This document shows positions 18,002 through 28,619 of a stretch of DNA of 64,000 nt, piece by piece; within the stretch, counting starts at the first letter, position 1; every line of letters starts with the position of its first letter. The notes beneath the pieces are model-generated. The model was not told the DNA's origin and ran no database searches. It saw nothing but the letters and a program-made list of their open reading frames with translations. Origin of the DNA: Candidatus Gottesmanbacteria bacterium (GTDB taxonomy: Bacteria; Patescibacteriota; Microgenomatia; UBA10105; UBA927); the NCBI GenBank assembly GCA_030679255.1, contig JAUXTO010000017.1:1925-65924 (forward strand), written 5' to 3'. The position numbers and the translations under genes were made by a program.

Positions 18002-18777
18002 AACGTAAACTTGAACCATTCTACCACTTCTTTTAATAGCTCCTCCCGCATGGAGCGGAGTACGTCAACAATTCCATGATCCCCACCCTTAAAAATTTTT
18101 ATCTTTTTCCGCTTACTTGGAATTGCATCAAATACGCGTTGCGCATCGCTTATTGGTATTTTTGAATCCTGATCTCCGTGGACCATAAAAACAGAAAAGC
18201 GAAGCCTTTTCGCGCGACCGATATCATCAAATGTCTTAATATCTTTCCAAAATTCTTTCCCTACGGTCGTATTTTCCCCACTGGACCTCGGAAGTGAAGT
18301 GTCGCCGTTGTAATTTATCTTTACTCCCTTTTCTGTATACACACGGGCGATACTTTTCAAAGGAAAATACGCACCGCCGACGAAAAGCAGAGTTTGTATT
18401 CGCCTCGTATCGATTCCCAGAACAGTCACTGCGCCATACGATTGGGCTAATACTCCAATTCGTTCTTTTTGCACATCGCTTCGCTTCCGAACCCAAGATA
18501 AAACATCCTCAACAATTTCACCACGTCTTTTTAGAGGTAGTTCTCGACATCTTCCCTCTGCATCAAAGATGGGAAATGTAAATTGCACCGTCATAATCCC
18601 TATATCTATCAACTTCTGTGCAATTTCGTCAAATGAATTTTTCCATTCATGCATCGTCATCCCCAACCCCGATACAAAAATGACCGCCGGAAACGGACCC
18701 TTTCCATCCGGCTTTCTTATTAAACCGTCAAGAGCAATCTTGTGCCTTACAGGAATCTGAACAGATTGTTTTTTCAT
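17998..18777 (-). CDS. alpha/beta hydrolase (dienelactone-hydrolase/peptidase S9-like)
   Basis: AQSYGA nucleophile elbow, HGDQD near the C-terminus. Confidence 0.65.
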   Translation of the reverse strand: MKKQSVQIPVRHKIALDGLIRKPDGKGPFPAVIFVSGLGMTMHEWKNSFDEIAQKLIDIGIMTVQFTFPIFDAEGRCRELPLKRRGEIVEDVLSWVRKRSDVQKERIGVLAQSYGAVTVLGIDTRRIQTLLFVGGAYFPLKSIARVYTEKGVKINYNGDTSLPRSSGENTTVGKEFWKDIKTFDDIGRAKRLRFSVFMVHGDQDSKIPISDAQRVFDAIPSKRKKIKIFKGGDHGIVDVLRSMREELLKEVVEWFKFTL

Positions 18778-19571
18778 AAAGATTTGAGTTTCAGTAATAA
18801 ACGTTGGACCGTTTCATGGCTCGATGCAATAAAACTGACATGATAAAAGTTGCCTGTTACTTTCTTTTTCTCATCAATCCAAACTTCAACTGTGCCGCCC
18901 GCTTCCTCAACTATCGCCCATCCGGCAGCGAGATCCCAAAGCGCATTATTAATGCAAACATACAAATCGTAATGACCGGCGGCAGTATGAGCCAACTGAA
19001 ATATAGCACTCCCTATGCGAAGCATAATGACGTTGTCTTGAGTAAATATATCATGGAGCTTCCGCTCCTGATTACCACTTAATCCGGTATAGCTTAAAAC
19101 GCCTACTGACTTGGCGGGGTATTCGCGCTTTGCAACGTAAATCTTCTTTCGCCCTGAGCATGCTCCACTCCCCTTCTGTGCATGATACAAATCATCAAAC
19201 TTCGGAAGATAAATAAATCCGGCAATGGGTTTCCCTTGCCTCATGAGTCCCACGGAAACGCCAAAAAACGGCAAGTTACGAGAAAACTGAAGCGTCCCAT
19301 CAAGAGGATCTACTATCCAAACCAATTCATTCTCTAATTCCTTTTCCGACTCTTTGGCGGTTTCCTCGCTATAAAATCCCATTGTTGGGAAACGCTTCGT
19401 CAATCGCTCACGAAGAAACGCTTCACTGTCCAAATCGGCTTGAGTGACGAGATCAAGAGCATGGCGCTTGGTGTGAAGAACTGCATTGCTCGTTTGCAGT
19501 AATTTTTTACCGGCTGCAACGACTGCCTCCTGGACATACGCATAATCAGCTGGGGAAAGAATTTGGGGCAT
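18774..19571 (-). CDS. inositol monophosphatase family protein
   Basis: WIVDPLDGT and following metal-binding motifs. Confidence 0.85.
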   Translation of the reverse strand: MPQILSPADYAYVQEAVVAAGKKLLQTSNAVLHTKRHALDLVTQADLDSEAFLRERLTKRFPTMGFYSEETAKESEKELENELVWIVDPLDGTLQFSRNLPFFGVSVGLMRQGKPIAGFIYLPKFDDLYHAQKGSGACSGRKKIYVAKREYPAKSVGVLSYTGLSGNQERKLHDIFTQDNVIMLRIGSAIFQLAHTAAGHYDLYVCINNALWDLAAGWAIVEEAGGTVEVWIDEKKKVTGNFYHVSFIASSHETVQRLLLKLKSL

Positions 19572-19586
19572 AGTGAGGCGATTGTA

Positions 19587-20507
19587 TCAGATTTCCCTCA
19601 CCCAACGGAAAATTGTATGGACGACTGCTTTTTCTTTTCCGCTATAACTATGCAGTGCGTCGCGAATGATGACGCTTTTATAGCGTAGCGACCGGGCGTG
19701 TCGAGCGAAAACATCAAGTACATTCTTTACCGGCCGGTCAAGATATTCATCGTTGGAACCAATAATGACAAGCAATGGCTGTTTGATCGCAGAAAAACAC
19801 GCAAGCTTCGGTGAGGCATCTCCATAATCAAAGACGTCCTCCGTTGAATGCGGCTCAAAGATACTGATAAACCGATTGGACGTCACCGGAAATACATGAA
19901 TGCTGCTCATCAACACATCCCCTTGCCCATCGATAACTTTTTTCTTCATCTCCTCTAATTGCTTTTCAATCACTTCCTTATCCAGAGAGGGCTCCAACCG
20001 GTCGCTCACCGGAGAAAGTAATAATACTCCCGCCACCCTCTTGTCCCTTTTCGTCCCGGCGTAGTAACACACTTTATTCGCGCCGGTGCTATGACCTACC
20101 AGAATAATCTCCGAATATCCTTGTTTAACGAGAAATGAAATACCGGCGTCGATATCATACACACAGTCCTCAAACCGCTCATATCCCGCGCCGCCATTCA
20201 CCCTCGTATATTCATTCGGTTCACGCGGATCAATTTTTTTGATGCCGGTCACAATGTCATGCCCGCGGTTATTAAACGCCGCAAACCCTATTCCTTCTTT
20301 CTCACACGCATCAGCAATCAATTCAAAAAGTTTTACATTGTTATAGAACGTACTCGTCAACCCATGGATCCAAAGGATGGCTTTGCCCGCCGTCTTGCCC
20401 GCCATAGCCTTGGCGAAGGCGGGAGCTTTACGAGAAGGAGAGTAATATATCCCCTGATGAACGAGTTTATCTTTCGTCACAATTTCCGCCAAATAAAACT
20501 GTTTCAT
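19587..20507 (-). CDS. alpha/beta fold hydrolase
   Basis: HGLTS...GHSTGAN nucleophile elbow. Confidence 0.6.
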   Translation of the reverse strand: MKQFYLAEIVTKDKLVHQGIYYSPSRKAPAFAKAMAGKTAGKAILWIHGLTSTFYNNVKLFELIADACEKEGIGFAAFNNRGHDIVTGIKKIDPREPNEYTRVNGGAGYERFEDCVYDIDAGISFLVKQGYSEIILVGHSTGANKVCYYAGTKRDKRVAGVLLLSPVSDRLEPSLDKEVIEKQLEEMKKKVIDGQGDVLMSSIHVFPVTSNRFISIFEPHSTEDVFDYGDASPKLACFSAIKQPLLVIIGSNDEYLDRPVKNVLDVFARHARSLRYKSVIIRDALHSYSGKEKAVVHTIFRWVREI

Positions 20508-20567
20508 CCCCGTAGTATAGCAAAAACGTTTATTGCAAAGCTAAGCTGAAACGGTATACTAAGCACT

Positions 20568-20918
20568 ATGATTGTCACATCTTCACTACCATTAACGACC
20601 GAGCAGGTAGACCAAGCAAAAGAACGATTCGGGATATATATCAAAACGGTTATCGATATACGCAAAAAAATTTGCTGCGCTGGTATGGACCGGCATTTTG
20701 AGGGAGAAAAAATACTCCTCGAATCCGGATCGCATCAATCAGACATTTGGGGAGGAGGCATCGATCTGGAAACGAAAGAGGTAGACTTCAATTCCTTCAT
20801 CAATATCCGCCCGCAAGACCATAATCTGAAAAATGAAATCCAAAGCGAACAGGTGAAAAAAATATATAGCGAATTGACTAAATTTTTCTTCAAGCTCATC
20901 CTATGGCCGCATCCATAA
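20568..20918 (+). CDS. hypothetical protein, possibly DUF5674-like
   Basis: CAGMDRHFEGEKILLESGSHQSDIWGGG resembles the DUF5674 signature from memory; unverified. Confidence 0.3.
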   Translation: MIVTSSLPLTTEQVDQAKERFGIYIKTVIDIRKKICCAGMDRHFEGEKILLESGSHQSDIWGGGIDLETKEVDFNSFINIRPQDHNLKNEIQSEQVKKIYSELTKFFFKLILWPHP

Positions 20919-20987
20919 TACTATGATCATTATCTTTATTGAAGGTGCGGCACAAGGGTTTGTAATCACAAATACCTATGAAGCTAT

Positions 20988-21278
20988 TTGCGAACGAACC
21001 CTATGACAGAAACGAAGATGCTCATCGGATCTCTTTCCAACGATCTCTCTCGCGTGGCGAATATGATGTATAGGAAATCATCTTCTGCCGAAATATTTTT
21101 CCACGAAATGTTCCGCTGGATCAACGCGCTCGATACTGCACCGATAAAACCGTATATTCAAACAATACTGAAAGATTTAAAATCGCATGAACACCATCCA
21201 CAGTTCACTGACGAACGCGCAGAAACCTATCTCATGTACAGCGTCATCCTCCAAAACTACACTCTTCGTATAAAATAA
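20988..21278 (+). CDS. hypothetical protein
   Basis: 96 aa ORF, no recognisable motif. Confidence 0.3.
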   Translation: MRTNPMTETKMLIGSLSNDLSRVANMMYRKSSSAEIFFHEMFRWINALDTAPIKPYIQTILKDLKSHEHHPQFTDERAETYLMYSVILQNYTLRIK

Positions 21279-21280
21279 AT

Positions 21281-21724
21281 TTATCGCTTTGGTTTGAGTT
21301 CGATGCGTCTAGATTGGTAATCAAATTCAATTTTGAATCGATCAAAGAATCCTGTTTGGCCGAGGATGCCATACGGTAGTGATTTCATATCAAAACTGAA
21401 ACCGCAGTAGAGCTTCATGGGCCATCCACTCACTTCTATGTGCACGTCGTGAAAATATGCGGTTTGCGGCGTACCACTGGTGCCATAAAACGTCATTTTC
21501 TTTCCCTGAGTAACAGGAATTCCTAAAATCCCTGCCATTTCCGTATGGAAGATGCAAAAATCAGCACCTGAATCAATCAACACCTGATATTCGATCGATT
21601 TATTGCCGAACACTAAAAGAATATCAATAACGGGTCGATGGACAAATTGCCTGTTGGGAAACGGCTCAAGCGGCGTAGCGGGAAACGATTTATACGCTAC
21701 TCGCAATGAGGATGTAGGTGCCAT
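21281..21724 (-). CDS. retropepsin-like aspartic protease (clan AA)
   Basis: LIDSGADFCIFH active-site DSGA motif, about 147 aa. Confidence 0.6.
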   Translation of the reverse strand: MAPTSSLRVAYKSFPATPLEPFPNRQFVHRPVIDILLVFGNKSIEYQVLIDSGADFCIFHTEMAGILGIPVTQGKKMTFYGTSGTPQTAYFHDVHIEVSGWPMKLYCGFSFDMKSLPYGILGQTGFFDRFKIEFDYQSRRIELKPKR

Positions 21725-21917
21725 ACTCTTTGGGAACTTTCATCATCAAAGGTACTTTGATTCCTTTTATTTGCGACTGTTCGTATGCAAGTTTTGCTGA
21801 TTTCGAGGCTCCAACTACCTTACCGCTTCGAGATTCGACAGCAACCCACTGATCAGGATATTTTTTCGATAAAAAATTATAGTTTGTATCTTTCATATCT
21901 CCTCTAGTATACCACAA
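21690..21917 (-). CDS. small protein, DUF5678-like
   Basis: 75 aa, KYPDQWVAVE...GKVVGASKS pattern; overlaps the protease start by about 35 nt. Confidence 0.4.
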   Translation of the reverse strand: MWYTRGDMKDTNYNFLSKKYPDQWVAVESRSGKVVGASKSAKLAYEQSQIKGIKVPLMMKVPKEYGTYILIASSV

Positions 21918-21991
21918 CTACCAAAAGCCCCCGCCGTGGCGGGAGCTCATTGGATTATTCGTTTATTTACTTATTCTATTATTCAATTATT

Positions 21992-24009
<2,018 letters not shown>

Positions 24010-24091
24010 ATATATCCTCCTTTGAAATAAACCAGTGAATAGTTCTGAAACGGTGCAAACTTCTTGGCAGTCTTATGAAGTGACTGCTATC

Positions 24092-25093
24092 TTACCGCGC
24101 ATAAAAAATCTTGTCAAGGGGTATATTAAAACGCGCCAACCGTTCTCCTAATTTTTTCTTTATCCATTCCCTGGCGTCCTGGGGATGGAAACGGATGACC
24201 GTATCCGTGACAACCTCCGAAGAGCGGCGTTTGCTCATATACCACAGCTGAAGTACACGAGCGGGTACTTCAGTAAATCTCAATAACCAAATCACAATGA
24301 CCAATGCAAACATTTTTTGCGTCTTACTTTTGACTTTTGACTTTTGTCCCGCGGAGCTGGATCCCGCTTCGCGGGAACTTTTGACTTTTTCCTCCCATGC
24401 ATTCGGCAAAAACTTCTTCACCCATCGATTAGCAAGTAAAAATTTTTGATGCATCTCTCCCTGTTGCCATAGTGGCGTCATCAAGAGCACTTCGTGCGCA
24501 GAAAACAGATCCCTCTCCCGAGCAGGTAACGCGAGACCTTCCTCACTCATAAACATATTAAGACAGATGAGATTGCTGACATTCTTATCGTTTGGACGAC
24601 GCCGGAGATGAAAAATATCAAGAAGAATAGTCGTTAATGCGCGGGTAATCCATACTGTTTTCGGACTACAGAGAATAAAAAAGTCTATATCATCTTGTTC
24701 GTTGGCGTTGGACCGCGCAAGTCCTCCGGTCACCCCGACGAGGGTTATCGATCGAATACACCGGAGTAATCCGGCAATCCATCGGGCACGCTTCCATTTT
24801 TTTGAGGATAACTTCAAACGTTTGCTTCGTAACGCAACGAACCGCTTGCCCGGACGTATTGAGTAGTACGTAATGTTATCGGCGATACTATGATAGCCTT
24901 GCAAGACATGCTCTTGCGAGGCTGCAAGAGAGTGTCTTGCAGGAATAAATGGCAACCACGTTTGGAGTTCATCAACCGTCAATGGATAATCAAAAATATC
25001 GGCATACGATAGACCCGTGATCAACGCATCACGTTTTGTTATGTTCATGAAATTATTGAGGAGTAGATGGGGCAGTACTACTCGTGAGTCCAT
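24092..25093 (-). CDS. Pol-beta-superfamily nucleotidyltransferase-like protein (uncharacterised) with in-frame repeat insertion
   Basis: GVTGGLARSNANEQDDIDFFIL fits the G[SG]x9-13DxD NTase motif; internal SSREAGSSSAGQKSKVKSK is encoded by hairpin and heptamer repeats. Confidence 0.4.
   Translation of the reverse strand: MDSRVVLPHLLLNNFMNITKRDALITGLSYADIFDYPLTVDELQTWLPFIPARHSLAASQEHVLQGYHSIADNITYYSIRPGKRFVALRSKRLKLSSKKWKRARWIAGLLRCIRSITLVGVTGGLARSNANEQDDIDFFILCSPKTVWITRALTTILLDIFHLRRRPNDKNVSNLICLNMFMSEEGLALPARERDLFSAHEVLLMTPLWQQGEMHQKFLLANRWVKKFLPNAWEEKVKSSREAGSSSAGQKSKVKSKTQKMFALVIVIWLLRFTEVPARVLQLWYMSKRRSSEVVTDTVIRFHPQDAREWIKKKLGERLARFNIPLDKIFYAR
24326..24392. repeat. heptamer TTTTGAC repeats flanking a GC hairpin (third partial copy of the two-hairpin element) inside a CDS
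   Basis: cttttgacttttgacttttgtcccgcggagctggatcccgcttcgcgggaacttttgactttttcc. Confidence 0.8.
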
Positions 25094-26360
25094 ACTGACT
25101 CAACACCTGCCGGAATCCTTGGGCAGCTGTAGCGAGCGCACCGTTTGGCGCCGATCCGGCAGCAACGCTGTTTACGGCATCTTCGAGATACTTTATCAGT
25201 TTATCATTCAAGCCATTATCAAATGTCCGTGACGCGAGAGGGAACGATTTCGCGCTCTTCCCTTGTTTGGCGTATGCTCCGGCAAAAGGATCTGCCTCAA
25301 TCGTACTGCCTAACGCAGTGCGCGCATACACTTCACCAAAAAGCCTCGTTTTGGCTGCCTCTGAGTAAAGTTTCGTTGCCGCTTCCGAACTCGTTATGTA
25401 TTGAAGAAACGTAAACGCCTGTCGTTGAAGTTTGCTTTTCCCGGATACGCCCTCTACCCAATACGAAGCCCAACTCACGGTGTTACCGGGAAGCTGCGGC
25501 ACCGGTACAATTTTAAACCGGAGATCCGGACTGATTTGCTTTATGTCAAACACTCGCCACGAAGGAGCAAGGATCATGGCCGTCTTACCGATGGCAAAGG
25601 CGTAGATACTGTTATCAAGCGTTTCATTCCAGGTATACATGGGGTCAACGGGATCAGCAAATTTTCGGTAAAAGAGTATAGTCTCTTCCGCTTCCTTTCC
25701 GGAAAGTCCCACGAGATTGGCCCCATTTTGAAGCATCATGAGGCCTAATATATCACTCCAATTTTCGACATTGCCGGTAGTACCCAAAGCAATTGCCGAT
25801 GTCGTGATATTTGTGCCGTTTTTGACGGTCAATCTGGGGACAATCGTCAAGACATCCTCCCATGTTACGGGTTCACTCACTCCAGCCTTCGCAAACAGCT
25901 CTTCATTTATATAAAGACCCAAGCCATCAATCATCAGGGGAATGCCGTAGATCGTAGTACCCGCGACTAAATCATTGGATGCTACCGGGTAAAATGAAGA
26001 GGCAAAATCCGCAGGGGTCATGATAGTTTTTGGGATAGGTGCCAAATCTTTTGCGATCATGGCAACCCACGTATTGTGGAAACGGAATACATCAGGACCC
26101 TCGCCACGGTCAATGGCGGCAGACAAGCGTTCGCGGTACTGACGGGGAGATTGCTTCGTATACGCCACTTTTATCTTAGGATTTTTTGCTTCAAATTCAG
26201 CAATTATCGATCGCACGGTGGCGTCATTTTCCCACAGCCCCCAATAGTTGATGGTGACTTCTTTGGATCCGGCTAACAACGTCATGACAAATCTTCCGCC
26301 GGCAATGAGGCCTCCGATAAGCAAAATAAATACGAGTACCATAAACATACGTTTTTTCAT
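25053..26360 (-). CDS. ABC transporter extracellular solute-binding protein (family 1, sugar-type)
   Basis: N-terminal signal anchor MKKRMFMVLVFILLIGG, about 430 aa SBP-like body; start chosen at the ATG preceded by GGGAGG. The ORF extends upstream to 26636 with a Pro-rich sequence that may be non-coding. Confidence 0.65.
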   Translation of the reverse strand: MKKRMFMVLVFILLIGGLIAGGRFVMTLLAGSKEVTINYWGLWENDATVRSIIAEFEAKNPKIKVAYTKQSPRQYRERLSAAIDRGEGPDVFRFHNTWVAMIAKDLAPIPKTIMTPADFASSFYPVASNDLVAGTTIYGIPLMIDGLGLYINEELFAKAGVSEPVTWEDVLTIVPRLTVKNGTNITTSAIALGTTGNVENWSDILGLMMLQNGANLVGLSGKEAEETILFYRKFADPVDPMYTWNETLDNSIYAFAIGKTAMILAPSWRVFDIKQISPDLRFKIVPVPQLPGNTVSWASYWVEGVSGKSKLQRQAFTFLQYITSSEAATKLYSEAAKTRLFGEVYARTALGSTIEADPFAGAYAKQGKSAKSFPLASRTFDNGLNDKLIKYLEDAVNSVAAGSAPNGALATAAQGFRQVLSQYGLTSSTAPSTPQ

Positions 26361-26659
26361 CGGACCTCCCCCAGCTGTCGCAATATGTTCCCCTGCTTGT
26401 GACACCACAACCTGTGGAACAAAGGGGTTATCGCTCGCCGCGTTTGGCGGCGGGGACGGAGGAACTGGTTCATCTTGCGGAGGATTATCACCTGACGGTA
26501 TTCCGGTATCCATTGCGATGGATACAGGATCAAACGTTATACCACCCTCCGGTATGACCGTTGGCACAACAAACGTTTCCTGAGGTGAAGCCTCTTCTGG
26601 ATTTTGCGATGTATTCGGTGTAGGTGGTTCGTCCATAAATCAAGTACAATTATCATACC

Positions 26660-28051
26660 ATGGGAGAGAGAAAGCACAAGGGAATTCGTGACAGCATCAT
26701 CGCACTCCTGCTGAGCGCAGTAATCTTAGGACTCGGAACCGTCGTCACAATCCGCGTATTTGATGCCGTGTATGCCGGACGGGTGTATCCGAATGTTACC
26801 ATCAATGGCACAAATTTCGGCGGTAAAACTCCTCATGAAGTAAAGAGCTTCTGGACGGCCAAAAATATCCCGTTTGAAAAAGCAACGTTCACGTTTGTCT
26901 TTGAAAATAATGTCGCGACGGTGTCCGGCACGGACCTGGGGCTTGGATATGATGCGACACTTTCAGCCACCCAAGCCTACCTCGTCGGCCGTTCCGGCAA
27001 TCTCCTCACCGATCTCATTACTAAATTTTCACCCAATCCCACAAACCTCACTCCGCTCTTCCGATTTCAGGAGGACGTGCTGTCCGACACGCTTAACAAT
27101 CTTTCCCTTGCCATCAATATACCGGTGACTGATGCATTATTTGAGTTTCGTAGCGGTAAAGTGACTGCATTCCGTTTATCGAAAGATGGCCGTGAGGTAG
27201 ATCTGGCGGAAACTAAAAAGCGGTTCAGCGATGCCGTTTCCGGTATCCCGACTGCTGATATCACTACGATCGTCATTTCCCTCCCGGTCAATCCCGTAAA
27301 ACCTTCAATGACGACGGACCGCGTCAACGCATTTGGTATCAAAGAACTCATCGGACGGGGATACTCGGAATTTGCCCACTCCATCCCGGGACGTGTCCAC
27401 AATGTGGCGCTGGCTAGTGCAAAACTCCATGGACTTCTTATCAAGCCCGGTGATACGTTTTCTTTTAATGATGCGCTCGGCGATGTATCTGCTGCGACAG
27501 GATTTCAGCCGGCCTACATCATAAAAGACGGACGGACGGTCCTGGGAGACGGAGGCGGCGTATGCCAGGTATCGACGACACTATTTCGTGCGGCACTCGC
27601 CGCTGGGCTTCCGATCATCGACCGGCGCGCGCACGCCTATCGCGTGGCCTACTACGAACAAGCAGGATACAAAGCGGGCCTCGATGCCACAGTTTTTGCG
27701 CCATCAGTCGACCTCAAGATCAAAAACGACACACCAGGATATATCCTCATACAAACAAAGACTGATACGAAAAATATGACCCTGACGTTTGAGCTCTACG
27801 GCACGAGCGACGGAAGAAAAGCGGAAATCTACAATCACGTCGTTAGCGGCATCACTCCTCCCCCGCCGGACCTCTATCAGGATGACCCGACCCTACCGGC
27901 TGGCGTCGTGAAGCAGGTAGACTTTGCCGCATGGGGAGCAAAGACAAATTTCCAATATAAAGTCACCCGGGGCAGCGAAGTGTTGCAGAACACGAGTTTT
28001 GCTTCAAACTTTCGCTCGTGGCAGGCTGTGTTCCTAAGAGGAACAAAATAA
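26660..28051 (+). CDS. VanW family protein
   Basis: N-terminal TM and conserved VanW core (GGGVCQVSTTLFRAALAAGLPIIDRRAHAY). Confidence 0.8.
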   Translation: MGERKHKGIRDSIIALLLSAVILGLGTVVTIRVFDAVYAGRVYPNVTINGTNFGGKTPHEVKSFWTAKNIPFEKATFTFVFENNVATVSGTDLGLGYDATLSATQAYLVGRSGNLLTDLITKFSPNPTNLTPLFRFQEDVLSDTLNNLSLAINIPVTDALFEFRSGKVTAFRLSKDGREVDLAETKKRFSDAVSGIPTADITTIVISLPVNPVKPSMTTDRVNAFGIKELIGRGYSEFAHSIPGRVHNVALASAKLHGLLIKPGDTFSFNDALGDVSAATGFQPAYIIKDGRTVLGDGGGVCQVSTTLFRAALAAGLPIIDRRAHAYRVAYYEQAGYKAGLDATVFAPSVDLKIKNDTPGYILIQTKTDTKNMTLTFELYGTSDGRKAEIYNHVVSGITPPPPDLYQDDPTLPAGVVKQVDFAAWGAKTNFQYKVTRGSEVLQNTSFASNFRSWQAVFLRGTK

Positions 28052-28093
28052 GTACCAATCCGACCAATAAATCATTGCTTCATTACGACATTC

Positions 28094-28129
28094 ATTGGTA
28101 GTATTGGATAATTGGATTATTGGATAATT
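28094..28129. promoter_or_regulatory. tandem (T/A)ATTGGAT(A/T) 8-mer repeats upstream of the cytidylyltransferase gene (TGGATAA is DnaA-box-like)
   Basis: attggtagtattggataattggattattggataattcc. Confidence 0.4.
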
Positions 28130-28151
28130 CCAGCGAGGATGACTATTTTAC

Positions 28152-28610
28152 ATGAAACATCTTCAGGACGAATCAGTCAACAAGGATGATGAGAAGCGGA
28201 CCGTGCTGGTAGGCGGCTGTTTTGATCTCCTCCACTACGGACATATCCGGTTTCTTGAGGAAGCAAAAAAGTTGGGTGACCATCTTGTGGTGGCCCTGGA
28301 ATCGGACGAAAACGTCCGAAAGAAAAAAGGGGAGAGTCGTCCCATCCACACGCAGGAACAACGAAAAACAATGCTCGAGTCTCTCTCTTGTGTTGACGAA
28401 GTGATCGCGCTTCCTGTGATGAATACCCACCAACAATACTTTGACCTTGTAGAGCGCGTCCATCCGCAAATTATCGCAATCACCCAAGGGGACCCGGTCG
28501 AAACTAACAAGCGGGAACAGGCCACCAAGATCGATGCCGAGCTCGTCGTCGTCTCCAAAGTCCCCACTCCTTCCACCTCGCAACTAGCGAAGCTCCTTGG
28601 ACTCGAGTAA
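28152..28610 (+). CDS. cytidylyltransferase-like nucleotidyltransferase (TagD/RfaE domain-II-like)
   Basis: GGCFDLLHYGH (HxGH) motif, about 150 aa. Confidence 0.8.
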   Translation: MKHLQDESVNKDDEKRTVLVGGCFDLLHYGHIRFLEEAKKLGDHLVVALESDENVRKKKGESRPIHTQEQRKTMLESLSCVDEVIALPVMNTHQQYFDLVERVHPQIIAITQGDPVETNKREQATKIDAELVVVSKVPTPSTSQLAKLLGLE

Positions 28611-28619
28611 AATTCGGTC

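Noticed and set aside
26361-26636. Pro-rich N-terminal extension (MDEPPTPNTSQ...) of the solute-binding protein
   Set aside because: A strong RBS (GGGAGG) and an ATG directly precede the signal-anchor MKKRMF. The upstream in-frame stretch is low-complexity and probably untranslated.
28094-28129. Replication origin (oriC) inferred from TGGATAA DnaA-box-like repeats
   Set aside because: Only three imperfect boxes, no dnaA/dnaN neighbourhood, and no AT-rich DUE. More likely a transcription-factor site.
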